This document shows, one piece after another, positions 48,686-57,972 of a stretch of DNA of 64,000 nucleotides. The notes beneath the pieces are model-generated. The model searched no databases. It was not told where the DNA came from and saw only the letters and a program-made list of their open reading frames with translations. This DNA is from Candidatus Poribacteria bacterium. Its GTDB lineage: Bacteria; Poribacteria; WGA-4E; WGA-3G. Position numbers and translations under genes: made by a program. The stretch covers positions 1,632,001 through 1,696,000 of the forward strand of contig OZ251518.1 in the NCBI GenBank assembly GCA_965242965.1, written 5' to 3'. Numbering within the stretch: the first letter of the stretch is position 1; each line of letters opens with the position of its first letter.

Positions 48686-49674
48686 TCCAATTCAACCAAT
48701 AGTTCTGAATCGTAATTCAGCCTTTGCTCCTGTTCTTGTAGAATTGCTTTTGGCGTGACAGAGGCTTGCACGTCATCGGAAAGTATGACAGGCAAAATTT
48801 TGTCCAACGCCGCTTGCAGTTCGCCGGTAAACGGGCGGCACGGAATAGAGAGTTCGTTAAGCACCTGCTCAAATCGCTGATACCCGTTGTCTGCCTGAAG
48901 TTCCACCCAGAGGATGTTATCCGCGTCCATCTGGGTTTTGTTTGCTTCAGAGAGTTTATTGGCAACCAGCACACGGCTTCCGCGCGCGTAGACCGCGTCT
49001 GCACTTTCGGGATTGCCTCTGCCCATGAGTTTCACTTCGCAGCGATGCCGCGTTCCAGTATCATCAAGCAGATAAAAATCCGCTTCACGCAATGAATCTG
49101 GAATCTCGCCCTGGTCGAAGAATTTCCTAGGCACTTGGAAAAGGGCACAAAGCGTTGCCATCAAAGGTTTTTCGACTTGCTTCCCCGCGGTGCTCCACAA
49201 GCCGCCGCGAAGTGCAGAACGTTTGACTGCCAGCGTGTTGATGACAACCAAACTCTCGTTAAGAGTCAAGTCAACGCTTACGTGACGCAGTTTTATGGTT
49301 AATGTTACGTCAACGTCGTCCTGCCCTGTGAGGCTGTTAATCGCGTCGTAGAGAGCATCGTAGTGTTCCAACGATGCCTCTAGCACGATTTTCTTGCTCG
49401 CCGAATTATACATGTTGGAGATAGTTTTCATGTTCATGCCCGAATGAATGGCTACCTCCTCCTTGGTCAGGGACTCATTGCAGAGGAGTTCCTTTCTATA
49501 CCAATCGGCGGTTACGGCTTCATTATCCAACTTCGCGTGCGCAATGCGTTTGAAAAAATCCACAACGTATTGCAAGAACTCGGCATCGATTAGGGTAATG
49601 ACTTCCGACCGGTAATCTTCACCCGCGATGAGTTTGCGAATGATATTCTTGATGACGGATCCGGTAACAGTCAC
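48682..49674 (-). CDS. Type II restriction endonuclease, CfrBI-like
   Basis: 'LAVKRSALRGGLWSTAGKQVEKPLM', 'READF...CEVKLMGRGNPESAD'; coupled to an N4-C MTase. Confidence 0.8.
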   Translation of the reverse strand: MTVTGSVIKNIIRKLIAGEDYRSEVITLIDAEFLQYVVDFFKRIAHAKLDNEAVTADWYRKELLCNESLTKEEVAIHSGMNMKTISNMYNSASKKIVLEASLEHYDALYDAINSLTGQDDVDVTLTIKLRHVSVDLTLNESLVVINTLAVKRSALRGGLWSTAGKQVEKPLMATLCALFQVPRKFFDQGEIPDSLREADFYLLDDTGTRHRCEVKLMGRGNPESADAVYARGSRVLVANKLSEANKTQMDADNILWVELQADNGYQRFEQVLNELSIPCRPFTGELQAALDKILPVILSDDVQASVTPKAILQEQEQRLNYDSELLVELE

Positions 49675-51074
49675 GGTTTGTGATTCCTCCGTTCTTCAGT
49701 TTTAAGTTCTGCCAAGGACAGGCTCCTTGGCGGCTGTTCGGGTGAAAAGAGGGACACGTCAAGCTGTTGCATCGCGCGCGCCACGTATTCTTCCTCTTTT
49801 TCACAGAGGAGAAAATACCTTTCAAGTGCCATCGCTGCTTGTCCAACGGTGCCGCTTCCCCCAAACGGGTCGAACACCAAGTCGCCTTTGAAGGAATAGA
49901 ATTGGATGACGCGCGCCGCCAACTCAACCGGAAAGACAGCCGGATGCACTTTGTCCGATGAGGGATTGATGTGCCAGACATTTGTCTTTTCATAATCCCC
50001 TACGATTCGGCTGGCCTCAATGGTTTCCTCGTCATATTGACGCATGTTCCAATCGAGCAGCTTGTTCGTTTTCTTCCGATAAACCATAACCGATTCGGTG
50101 ACAGAATTCGCCTTGTAACCGAGCGGTTTGCGGTGTTGAAAGAAACCTCCGTTCCGGTTCTTCGCGGCGTAATCCGGTTTCACCCAAGTGATGTCATCAA
50201 TAAACTCCCACCCGATTTCGGTGAGGCGCGGGTGGATGTCGTAAGGGATGGCATACCGCGTGCTCGCATGCGCACGACTGATACGCGGCACGATGACAGG
50301 GGACGTATTCAATACGAAGAACCGTCCCTCTTTCGTAATCCGATGCGTCTCCGCGAAGACAGTTACGAGAAATTCAAGATACGCCTCGTAACTCTCGAAA
50401 ATCGTGTAATCGCGCGCATTGTAGTAGGGCGGCGACGTGAAGGTGAGATGCACCGACGCAGTCGGGATTGCTCGCAAAACTTCACTCACATCCGCACAGA
50501 CAACCACGTTTTTCAGGAAATCGGGACTGAGGGGATGCGGCTGCCGTTGCGCGTTATCCTCAATCCCGCCGCCGGGTGTCAACGCCTGCTTGACGTGTTC
50601 GCGGAGCAATTCGTTCGGGTGTTCGCGCAACGGCGTTAAGCACCGCTGAACTTCCGGATGTTCCTTGAAGCAGAGCAAGCCGCGCACCGCCTGCAGGATA
50701 ATCTTCGGATCTGCGTCTGTCAGGAACTGTTTCAGCACCGGAATCGCCTTCTCGGTTTTGAGCCTGCCGATTGCCGAGACTCCCTCGCGGCGCGCCAGCG
50801 TATTTTTCTCGGCACGCGCGAACGCTGACATCGCCTCTAGGAACGTTTCGTCTTTCAGTTTCCCAACGTTTTTCACGGCGAGACAGCGAATCTTCGGGTT
50901 TGAATGCGCGAACAACGGCAGAAAAACCTCTCCATCAAACCCTTTTGGCAATCTGCCCAGGTTTTCGAGGGTGAAGAGGAGTGTCTGCTCCGGTGTGTTC
51001 GTCGCGAGCACGCGCGCGAAAAATGGCGCGTTCGCCCGCAATTTTTCGTTCTCAATCTGCAATTTCGTTATCAT
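49671..51074 (-). CDS. N4-cytosine DNA methyltransferase (beta class) with N-terminal HEAT repeats
   Basis: 'FTSPPYYN', 'HPAVFP', 'DPFGGSGT'; HEAT-like 'HSNPKIRCLAVKNVGKL', 'DADPKIILQAVRGL'. Confidence 0.88.
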   Translation of the reverse strand: MITKLQIENEKLRANAPFFARVLATNTPEQTLLFTLENLGRLPKGFDGEVFLPLFAHSNPKIRCLAVKNVGKLKDETFLEAMSAFARAEKNTLARREGVSAIGRLKTEKAIPVLKQFLTDADPKIILQAVRGLLCFKEHPEVQRCLTPLREHPNELLREHVKQALTPGGGIEDNAQRQPHPLSPDFLKNVVVCADVSEVLRAIPTASVHLTFTSPPYYNARDYTIFESYEAYLEFLVTVFAETHRITKEGRFFVLNTSPVIVPRISRAHASTRYAIPYDIHPRLTEIGWEFIDDITWVKPDYAAKNRNGGFFQHRKPLGYKANSVTESVMVYRKKTNKLLDWNMRQYDEETIEASRIVGDYEKTNVWHINPSSDKVHPAVFPVELAARVIQFYSFKGDLVFDPFGGSGTVGQAAMALERYFLLCEKEEEYVARAMQQLDVSLFSPEQPPRSLSLAELKTEERRNHKP

Positions 51075-51129
51075 TTTAGACCTTTTTGTCGATTTTTTGA
51101 CAATTTTTCGCAAAAAAGTGCAATTTAAT

Positions 51130-51158
51130 TTGCATTTTGCTCAAAATTGTGGTATAAT
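51130..51158 (+). promoter_or_regulatory. sigma70 promoter of tRNA-Ala
   Basis: TTGCAT-N17-TATAAT with TGn. Confidence 0.7.
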
Positions 51159-51181
51159 TAAAACAATCACATCAATAATGT

Positions 51182-51254
<73 letters not shown>

Positions 51255-51324
51255 CTTCTTCTTTTTGCGCCTTCCTTATCGCCTTCCCATTTTCCAAAGT
51301 CCCGCTAAAAAAACGCTTCCTCTT

Positions 51325-51560
51325 CACGTAGGGCGAGGGCCCTCGGATGCCACACGCGCATCCGAGCGGTTTTCCCTCGCCATGCGTTTTGGTGTCAGCC
51401 CGCATCCCCCCTGTAAGTCAGGATCGCCTGATCCTGACCCGTTCGGGAGCGGGCGCTCCCGAACTACAGAGGTGGGCCCGATGCCTACCGGTAGGAGAGA
51501 CCTCCTGGTCTCGATTAAGCGGCCACGTGTGAGAGCGCGCGGTTTGAAACCGCGTCTACG
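51325..51560. repeat. REP array (A2, C, B, other GTAG palindrome)
   Basis: Same modules as in other arrays. Confidence 0.8.
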
Positions 51561-51584
51561 GTGTTTTTTCTGCGTCCATTTTAA

Positions 51585-51881
51585 TGAGGGTGTTTCATAA
51601 ATCGCCCAACGTCGCGGGGGACAGGCCCCCGCGCTACGATGAAAAAACGCCTCCCCTTTACGTAGGGCGAGGGCCTGTCCCTCGCCATGCGTTTTGGAGT
51701 CAGACTGCATCACCCCCGTAGGTCAGGATCGCCTGATCCTGACCCGTTCGGGTGCAGGCGCTCCCGAACTACAGAGGTGGGCCCGATGCCTTACGGTAGG
51801 AGGGACATCCTTGTCCCGATACGGAAAATCAAGACCAGGAGGTCTCTCCTACCGAACACATTGAAATATGAAACATCCTCG
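51585..51881. mobile_element. MITE-like cassette with TIRs (297 bp)
   Basis: ttaa-tgagggtgtttcata ... tatgaaacatcctcg-ttttaa; cargo A, A, C, B, B. Confidence 0.72.
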
Positions 51882-52066
51882 TTTTAATAGGTTAACATAT
51901 CATATCAAAATTGTCAAGAAAAATCCGCTGATAAACAGAGGCATTCTGTCATCCAAAAACTGAAACGTCCTAATAATTCTTGCTTGAAAAAATGAAATAG
52001 GGTAAAATACGAATAAACGAAAAGGCTTCTTGCTTTAACCTGCGGACATGTGATAGTATAAATCTC

Positions 52067-53068
52067 GTGAACTTAAAAACGCTTTTTGCACAACTTCAAG
52101 GCAAACGGATTACCATTATCGGGGATATCATCGTTGACGCATATCTCTGGGGGGATGTCAACCGAATTTCTCCGGAGGCACCGGTGCCGGTGTTTGACAT
52201 CACTTCGGAGGCGACGGGCTGCGGCGGCGCGGCGAACGTCGCACAGAATGTCGTCAGTGTAGGTGGGAGAGCAGAACTCGTCGGGGTTATCGGGAAGGAC
52301 AGCGCGGGGGAGAAGCTGCGCCGGATGCTCGCTGAGCCGCAAATCGGCGCCACCGGCATCTACACCGACGCGCAGCGGCCTACCAGCACGAAAACCCGCG
52401 CTATCGTCAATGAGAATGGGAAAACGAAAAACGGACAGGGACACCATCTGCTCCGCATTGATAAAGAGGCGAAGCATGCAATTTCCCCAAAGTTGCGGCA
52501 ACACCTGCTGGATGCTGTCACCTCGCGCTTTGCGGAAACGGACGCGATTGTGTTCGCCGATTACGATAAAGGCGTTGTCAGTCCCGAGCTCATCCGCGCT
52601 GTCGTCAAGCAGGCATCGCCGTTAGGCATCCCGATTATCGCTGATCCGAAGCAAAAGAACTTCTGGCACTACACCGGTGTGACCGCCATCACTCCGAATC
52701 AGAAGGAAGCCGGGAGTGCTGTCAAGAAGAAAATGCGCGATGAAGCGTGTCTCGCCGCCGCAGGCAAGGAGATTTTAGAACGGCTCTCCATCTCTGCTGT
52801 CCTGATGACGCGCGATGAGAACGGGATGACGCTCTTCCAACGCAATCGGGTGGAACACCTGCCACCGCAATCGGGCGCGGTTGTTGATGTAACCGGCGCG
52901 GGCGACACGGTAACCGCTGTCTTCGCGCTTGCACTCAGCTGCAAACAGTGCGCCGATATGCGAAGTGCCGCCGAGTTATCGAACCTTGCCGCCGGCATCG
53001 TCGTCGGGAAAATGGGGTGCGCTACCGTCACGCCGACAGAATTACGAGAGGCAATTGAATCGCGATGA
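52067..53068 (+). CDS. rfaE1: D-glycero-beta-D-manno-heptose-7-phosphate kinase (HldE kinase domain only)
   Basis: 'RISPEAPVPV', 'GGAANVA', 'DYDKG', 'TPNQKEA', 'DVTGAGDT'. Confidence 0.92.
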   Translation: MNLKTLFAQLQGKRITIIGDIIVDAYLWGDVNRISPEAPVPVFDITSEATGCGGAANVAQNVVSVGGRAELVGVIGKDSAGEKLRRMLAEPQIGATGIYTDAQRPTSTKTRAIVNENGKTKNGQGHHLLRIDKEAKHAISPKLRQHLLDAVTSRFAETDAIVFADYDKGVVSPELIRAVVKQASPLGIPIIADPKQKNFWHYTGVTAITPNQKEAGSAVKKKMRDEACLAAAGKEILERLSISAVLMTRDENGMTLFQRNRVEHLPPQSGAVVDVTGAGDTVTAVFALALSCKQCADMRSAAELSNLAAGIVVGKMGCATVTPTELREAIESR

Positions 53069-53658
53069 AAACAATTTTCTTGGATAGAGACGGCGTTATC
53101 AACAAAACATCGGAAGAATCCCCCTTCGTCCAAAATCCGCCAAACTACGGCTACGTCCGAACGTGGGAAGGGTTTGATTTTCTGCCGAACTCGCGGAAAG
53201 CCATCAGAAACTTGACACAAAATGGGTATCGTGTTATTGTGGTTACCAATCAGGCTGGCATCGGGAGAGGGCTCTATACTGAAGATGCCCTGAACGATAT
53301 CCACCGTCGGATGTGTGCTGAGGTTGCGGCGGCTGGCGGGAAGATTCACGCTGTCTACTATTGTCCGCATCACCCGGACGATGGATGCGAGTGCCGTAAA
53401 CCGAAGCCGGGGATGTTGCACCGCGCCGCCCGCGAACACGGTATTGATGTATCAAAAACATATTTCATTGGCGATTCACTGGGAGATATTGAGGCAGGAC
53501 ACAGCGCGGGTGCCTCAACGATACTTGTCTTAACCGGGCATGGCCGCGAGAGTTACCGGCGTTATATCCATTCCGAGAACGCAGATGAGAAACCCGACAA
53601 AATCTTTACGAACCTCTACGCAGCAGTATGTTGGCTAACGGAAACCGGCGAACGATGA
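53065..53658 (+). CDS. gmhB: D-glycero-D-manno-heptose 1,7-bisphosphate phosphatase
   Basis: 'FLDRDGVIN', 'VTNQAG', 'CPHHP...CECRKPKPGM', 'IGD'. Confidence 0.93.
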   Translation: MKTIFLDRDGVINKTSEESPFVQNPPNYGYVRTWEGFDFLPNSRKAIRNLTQNGYRVIVVTNQAGIGRGLYTEDALNDIHRRMCAEVAAAGGKIHAVYYCPHHPDDGCECRKPKPGMLHRAAREHGIDVSKTYFIGDSLGDIEAGHSAGASTILVLTGHGRESYRRYIHSENADEKPDKIFTNLYAAVCWLTETGER

Positions 53659-54962
53659 AAAACACGCTTCTTCAGAAAATTGAAACCCGCACCGCTCACG
53701 CCGGTGTCATCGGACTCGGCTATGTCGGATTGCCGCTCACGGTGGCCATCGCGAGTGCCGGCTTCCGCGTCACGGGCATTGACATCTGCGAGGAAAAAGT
53801 CGCGCGGCTGCAACGCGGCACCTCTGATGTCCCTGGTGTCCCCGAAGAACGCCTCGCCGATTTCATCCGTTCTGGACGCATTCAGGTGACAACGGATTAT
53901 GCGGTGCTTCGGGAACTAGATACCGTCAATATCTGTGTGCCAACGCCGCTGAACGAGAACCGAACGCCGGACATGCAGTTCATCAACGCCGCCGTTCATC
54001 AGATTGCGCAGTCCTTGCATCGCGAGCAGCTCATCCTGCTAGAGAGCACCACTTACCCCGGCACCACCGAAGAAATCGTGTTACCGACGCTTGGGACGAA
54101 AGCGCAAGTGGGACGCGATTTTTACCTTGCCTACTCACCCGAACGCATCGAGCCGGGAAACAGCACCTACTTCATGGAGAACACCCCTAAGATTATCGGT
54201 GGTATTACGCCGCAATGCACTAAAATCGCGACGGCGTTCTATGCGCAGTTTATTCATAAAACGCACACCGTCTCCTCACCCCGCGCCGCCGAGATGGTAA
54301 AATTGTTAGAGAATACCTTCCGGAGTGTCAACATCGGGCTCATCAACGAAATGGCACTCATCTGCGATAAAATGGGGTTGGATGTGTGGGAAATTGTTGA
54401 TGCCGCCGCAACGAAACCGTTCGGGTTTATGCCGTTTTATCCTGGGCCCGGCTCTGGCGGACATTGCATTCCCGTAGACGCGCAGTATCTCTCTTGGAAG
54501 GCGCGCGCCTATCATCATCACGCACGTTTTATTGAACTCGCCAGTGACATTAACGGTGCCATGCCGAAATATGTGCTGGATAAAATCGTCCACGCGCTCA
54601 ACCTCCAACGGAAACCGCTCAACGGCTCAAAACTCCTCATCTTGGGAATTGCTTACAAAAAAGAGGTAGGCGACATCCGAGAATCCCCTGCAATTGAAGT
54701 TATTCGGTTAATTCTTGACAAAAAAGCGGATTTCGTGTATCATGATCCTTACGTATCCAATTTTGTGTTGGATGCGCGCGAAACCTATCATTCTCAACCG
54801 CTAACCCCCGCGCTTGTAGCGAATGCAGACGGTGTGGTAATTCTCACAGACCACGGTGGCATCGATTACGAGTGCGTGGTGCGCCACGCGCAAGTCGTGG
54901 TGGATACGCGCAACGCGACGCGCGGCATCCAACACGGCCGCGAGAAAATTATCAAAATTTAA
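53655..54962 (+). CDS. UDP-N-acetyl-hexosamine 6-dehydrogenase (WbpA/WecC family)
   Basis: 'GLGYVGLP', 'CVPTP', 'ESTTYPGTT', 'KLLENTFR', 'GGHCIP', 'DIRESP'. Confidence 0.93.
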   Translation: MKNTLLQKIETRTAHAGVIGLGYVGLPLTVAIASAGFRVTGIDICEEKVARLQRGTSDVPGVPEERLADFIRSGRIQVTTDYAVLRELDTVNICVPTPLNENRTPDMQFINAAVHQIAQSLHREQLILLESTTYPGTTEEIVLPTLGTKAQVGRDFYLAYSPERIEPGNSTYFMENTPKIIGGITPQCTKIATAFYAQFIHKTHTVSSPRAAEMVKLLENTFRSVNIGLINEMALICDKMGLDVWEIVDAAATKPFGFMPFYPGPGSGGHCIPVDAQYLSWKARAYHHHARFIELASDINGAMPKYVLDKIVHALNLQRKPLNGSKLLILGIAYKKEVGDIRESPAIEVIRLILDKKADFVYHDPYVSNFVLDARETYHSQPLTPALVANADGVVILTDHGGIDYECVVRHAQVVVDTRNATRGIQHGREKIIKI

Positions 54963-54988
54963 CGCCTCCCCTTTGGAGGAAACGAACA

Positions 54989-56542
54989 ATGTCAAAGTTG
55001 AACCCGAAATTGCAAATACGGCGGGACCAGCTCGCATGGCTCCTCGGCATGCTTTTGGACGAACGCGCCGTTTTCCAACTGGTAACCCTCTCCGGACTCG
55101 TGCCAGATCTGGACAAACTCTGCTCATTATCGAAGCGAAAATTGTTGGACAACTTAACCGATGCCTTCTTTGTGGAGGCCACCGTTGAAGAAACAACCTG
55201 CGAATTCTTTGCGGAACAAGCCGAGGCGGCGATAGCCCGCGTCGGATACATGGAGGTAGCCGAAATCGAGATGTTTTTTGATACCTCCGAGACCCTCATC
55301 GAGGCAGGGGAATTTGCCGAAGTCGTCTGGGCCCTGTTAACCGACGAACGGACAGCTGTCGCCACCCACGGCTATAGCCTCCTGCATGCCTCACACGCCG
55401 AAGAGTCCGCGCGTTCCGCAGACCGGGCGGCACTCGAAAATCAACTCGCCGCCGAAGAAATCGAAAAAATCCGAGTCGAATACGCCTACAACCTCGAAAT
55501 CGCGCAACAGGAGTTTGACAACCAGACCCGGGAGATGGAGCTCCTCCGACGTAAACGGGCTGAACTGCAGGGGCAGTATACGTCACTTGAGAAGAAGCAC
55601 AAGCAACAAGAGCAACACGTCGCGTTCCTGCTTGCCGAAAACAAGGCGCTGCGGGACAAAGACGAAAGTTATGAAGAAGAACGGAAGCGGTTGAAGATGC
55701 TTGAGCAGGAGAACAACATCTTCCGCGAACGCGAAGAGCAGTATGCCGCCATGAACGAGGAACTGCAGCAGCTCAGGCACGAAAACGAGAGCCTCATCGC
55801 CGCGCACGCTAACACGGCCGTCCGACTCAAGGAATACGAACGGATTAAGGCGGTAAAAGAAACCTTCGGCGTGGATTTGACGTTAGTAGAAGAAGCCGTT
55901 TACAAAGGCAATCAGGGACTGGAGGAACTGCAAACCAGCCTTGACGAGCATTTCAAAGCGTTGCAAAGAAATCAGGAGACCACGCGCAGCACGCTAACAC
56001 GGATTCGCGACACGCTCACCTATTTGGATACGCCGCCGGACCCTGAGGGCAAGCACGCACTCACACCCCAACAGCCGCGCGTCGGCGTGTTCGTGGATGT
56101 CCAGAATATGTTCTATGCCGCGAAGGACCGGTTTGCTCGACGCGTTGACTATATCAAGCTACTCGACCTGATAGTCGGGCCCCGGCACCTAGAGGCGGCG
56201 TATGCCTACGTGGTGCAGATACCGGAGATTAACCAGTCCAGTTTCCTGTCGCTGCTGGAGCATAACGGATACACAATCAAGAGCAAGGATTTGCGACTGC
56301 GCGGCGACGGTTCAGCGAAAGGCGATTGGGATGTCGGCATCGCCGTTGATGTCGTCTCCATGCTCGGCACACTGGACGTTGTCATCCTCGCGAGTGGCGA
56401 TGGGGATTTTTGCCCGCTCGCGGAACTCATCAAACAGCAGGACAAACGGGTGGAGGTGGTGGCGTTTGAACACAATACCTCCATGGATTTACAACACATC
56501 GCAGACCAGTTCTTCCCCATCGGAAACGAACTGTTGATTTAA
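54989..56542 (+). CDS. Coiled-coil protein with C-terminal NYN (LabA/DUF88, PIN-like) domain
   Basis: GGAGG RBS; long heptad region; 'VFVDVQNM', 'KGDWDVGIAVD', 'SGDGDF', 'ADQF'. Confidence 0.88.
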   Translation: MSKLNPKLQIRRDQLAWLLGMLLDERAVFQLVTLSGLVPDLDKLCSLSKRKLLDNLTDAFFVEATVEETTCEFFAEQAEAAIARVGYMEVAEIEMFFDTSETLIEAGEFAEVVWALLTDERTAVATHGYSLLHASHAEESARSADRAALENQLAAEEIEKIRVEYAYNLEIAQQEFDNQTREMELLRRKRAELQGQYTSLEKKHKQQEQHVAFLLAENKALRDKDESYEEERKRLKMLEQENNIFREREEQYAAMNEELQQLRHENESLIAAHANTAVRLKEYERIKAVKETFGVDLTLVEEAVYKGNQGLEELQTSLDEHFKALQRNQETTRSTLTRIRDTLTYLDTPPDPEGKHALTPQQPRVGVFVDVQNMFYAAKDRFARRVDYIKLLDLIVGPRHLEAAYAYVVQIPEINQSSFLSLLEHNGYTIKSKDLRLRGDGSAKGDWDVGIAVDVVSMLGTLDVVILASGDGDFCPLAELIKQQDKRVEVVAFEHNTSMDLQHIADQFFPIGNELLI

Positions 56543-56543
56543 T

Positions 56544-56841
56544 TGAGGGTGTTTCATAAATCGCTCAGCGTCGCGGTGATATGCCCCGCGCTACGGTAAA
56601 AAAAACGCTGCCCCTTCACGTAGGGCGAGGGCCCTCGCATGCCACACGCGCATGCGAGTGGGTTTCCCTCGCCATGCGTTTGGCTGGCAGAGCGCATCAC
56701 CCCTGTAGTTCAGGATCGCCTGATCCTGACCCGTTCGGGAGCAGGCGCTCCCGAACTACAGAAGTGGGCCCGATGCATTCCGGTATTCGCCCGCCCTCCA
56801 AGGCGGGATAGATTCCGAAACGGGGTTATGAAACACCCGCA
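56544..56841. mobile_element. MITE-like cassette with TIRs (298 bp)
   Basis: ttaat-tgagggtgtttcata ... tatgaaacacccgca-tttaa; directly after the NYN-gene TAA. Confidence 0.72.
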
Positions 56842-56958
56842 TTTAATTGAGGTGGCGGTAGGCACGCCTGCCGCCACCGTAACTTCAATCGCAAAAGATT
56901 TACGCAGAAGCGATTGCCGTAGGCGCGGTTTCAAACCGCACCTATCCGGGCGAAAACA

Positions 56959-57972
56959 TTGAATGGCGTAAGTCTTGTAGCAAAGGATAATTTATTGATG
57001 TATACCTTCATCATCATGTCATCGGGCGGTAAATCCTTCCGCCAGCATCCGATTGGCCCGTGGCACCTATTGCTATTCGCGCTGGTTGGCATCCTCGCCA
57101 TTGTCGGGACAGTCGGCGGGATAGGCTATGGGCTCCACGAAAAAAACAGAGCCATCGCGGCTGAAAAACAACGCCAAAATTCATTGGAGAAGATCGAACG
57201 TTTGGAGCAGGAGAAACTCATCGTTGAAACCGAACTTGAAAACGTTGAAGCGGAGATGAACGAGATCCGCGATATGGCCGTGAAGGTCAAGCAGGGATTA
57301 GGGCTCTTCGGGCAAGGCGGCGGCACTTATGAACCGACACCCGACACCCAAACCGAGGCAGGACTTTGGCAACCGGCAAACGCAAACGGCGCGGCCACGG
57401 ATACCGAAACCCACAACGGAAATTCCGAAACGCAAACCATCACGCTGTCCATCCTGAGACAGGAAGTTCAGCCGCTTTACGATTACGTCGTGGAACACCA
57501 AGAACAGGCGAACGGGTATCCTTCGATTCTGCCGGTGCAACTAGAGCAGGGAAATGGAAAGGAGAAGCTAGTTTTCTGGTATTCTTCGCCGTTTGGACAG
57601 CGCATTCATCCCTTAACGAAAAAGCGCGAATTTCACAAAGGATTAGACATCAAAACCCGTCCCGGTGTCCCTGTCATCGCCGCCGCTGATGGCACCGTCA
57701 CCAAAGTGAAACGCGAGGTGTATCTCGGCAAGATGGTAGAGATTAACCATACCGCGCAACGCCTGAAAACCTTGTATGCGCATTTGCAGGGTTACGCCGA
57801 CGGCCTCAAGGCAGGACAGCAGGTGAAACGCGGGCAGGTTATCGGTTATGTCGGGAATACGGGACGCAGCACCGGCGCGCATCTCCACTACGGTGTTTAC
57901 GATTCTCGCCAACGCAAATGGGTGAACCCAATTGGCTATATTCTTGACCAGGAACCAGTTTTCAAGCGATAG
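56959..57972 (+). CDS. M23 family metallopeptidase with TM and coiled coil
   Basis: 'HKGLD', 'YAHL', 'GRSTGAHLHY'; start uncertain (56959 or 56998). Confidence 0.92.
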   Translation: MNGVSLVAKDNLLMYTFIIMSSGGKSFRQHPIGPWHLLLFALVGILAIVGTVGGIGYGLHEKNRAIAAEKQRQNSLEKIERLEQEKLIVETELENVEAEMNEIRDMAVKVKQGLGLFGQGGGTYEPTPDTQTEAGLWQPANANGAATDTETHNGNSETQTITLSILRQEVQPLYDYVVEHQEQANGYPSILPVQLEQGNGKEKLVFWYSSPFGQRIHPLTKKREFHKGLDIKTRPGVPVIAAADGTVTKVKREVYLGKMVEINHTAQRLKTLYAHLQGYADGLKAGQQVKRGQVIGYVGNTGRSTGAHLHYGVYDSRQRKWVNPIGYILDQEPVFKR

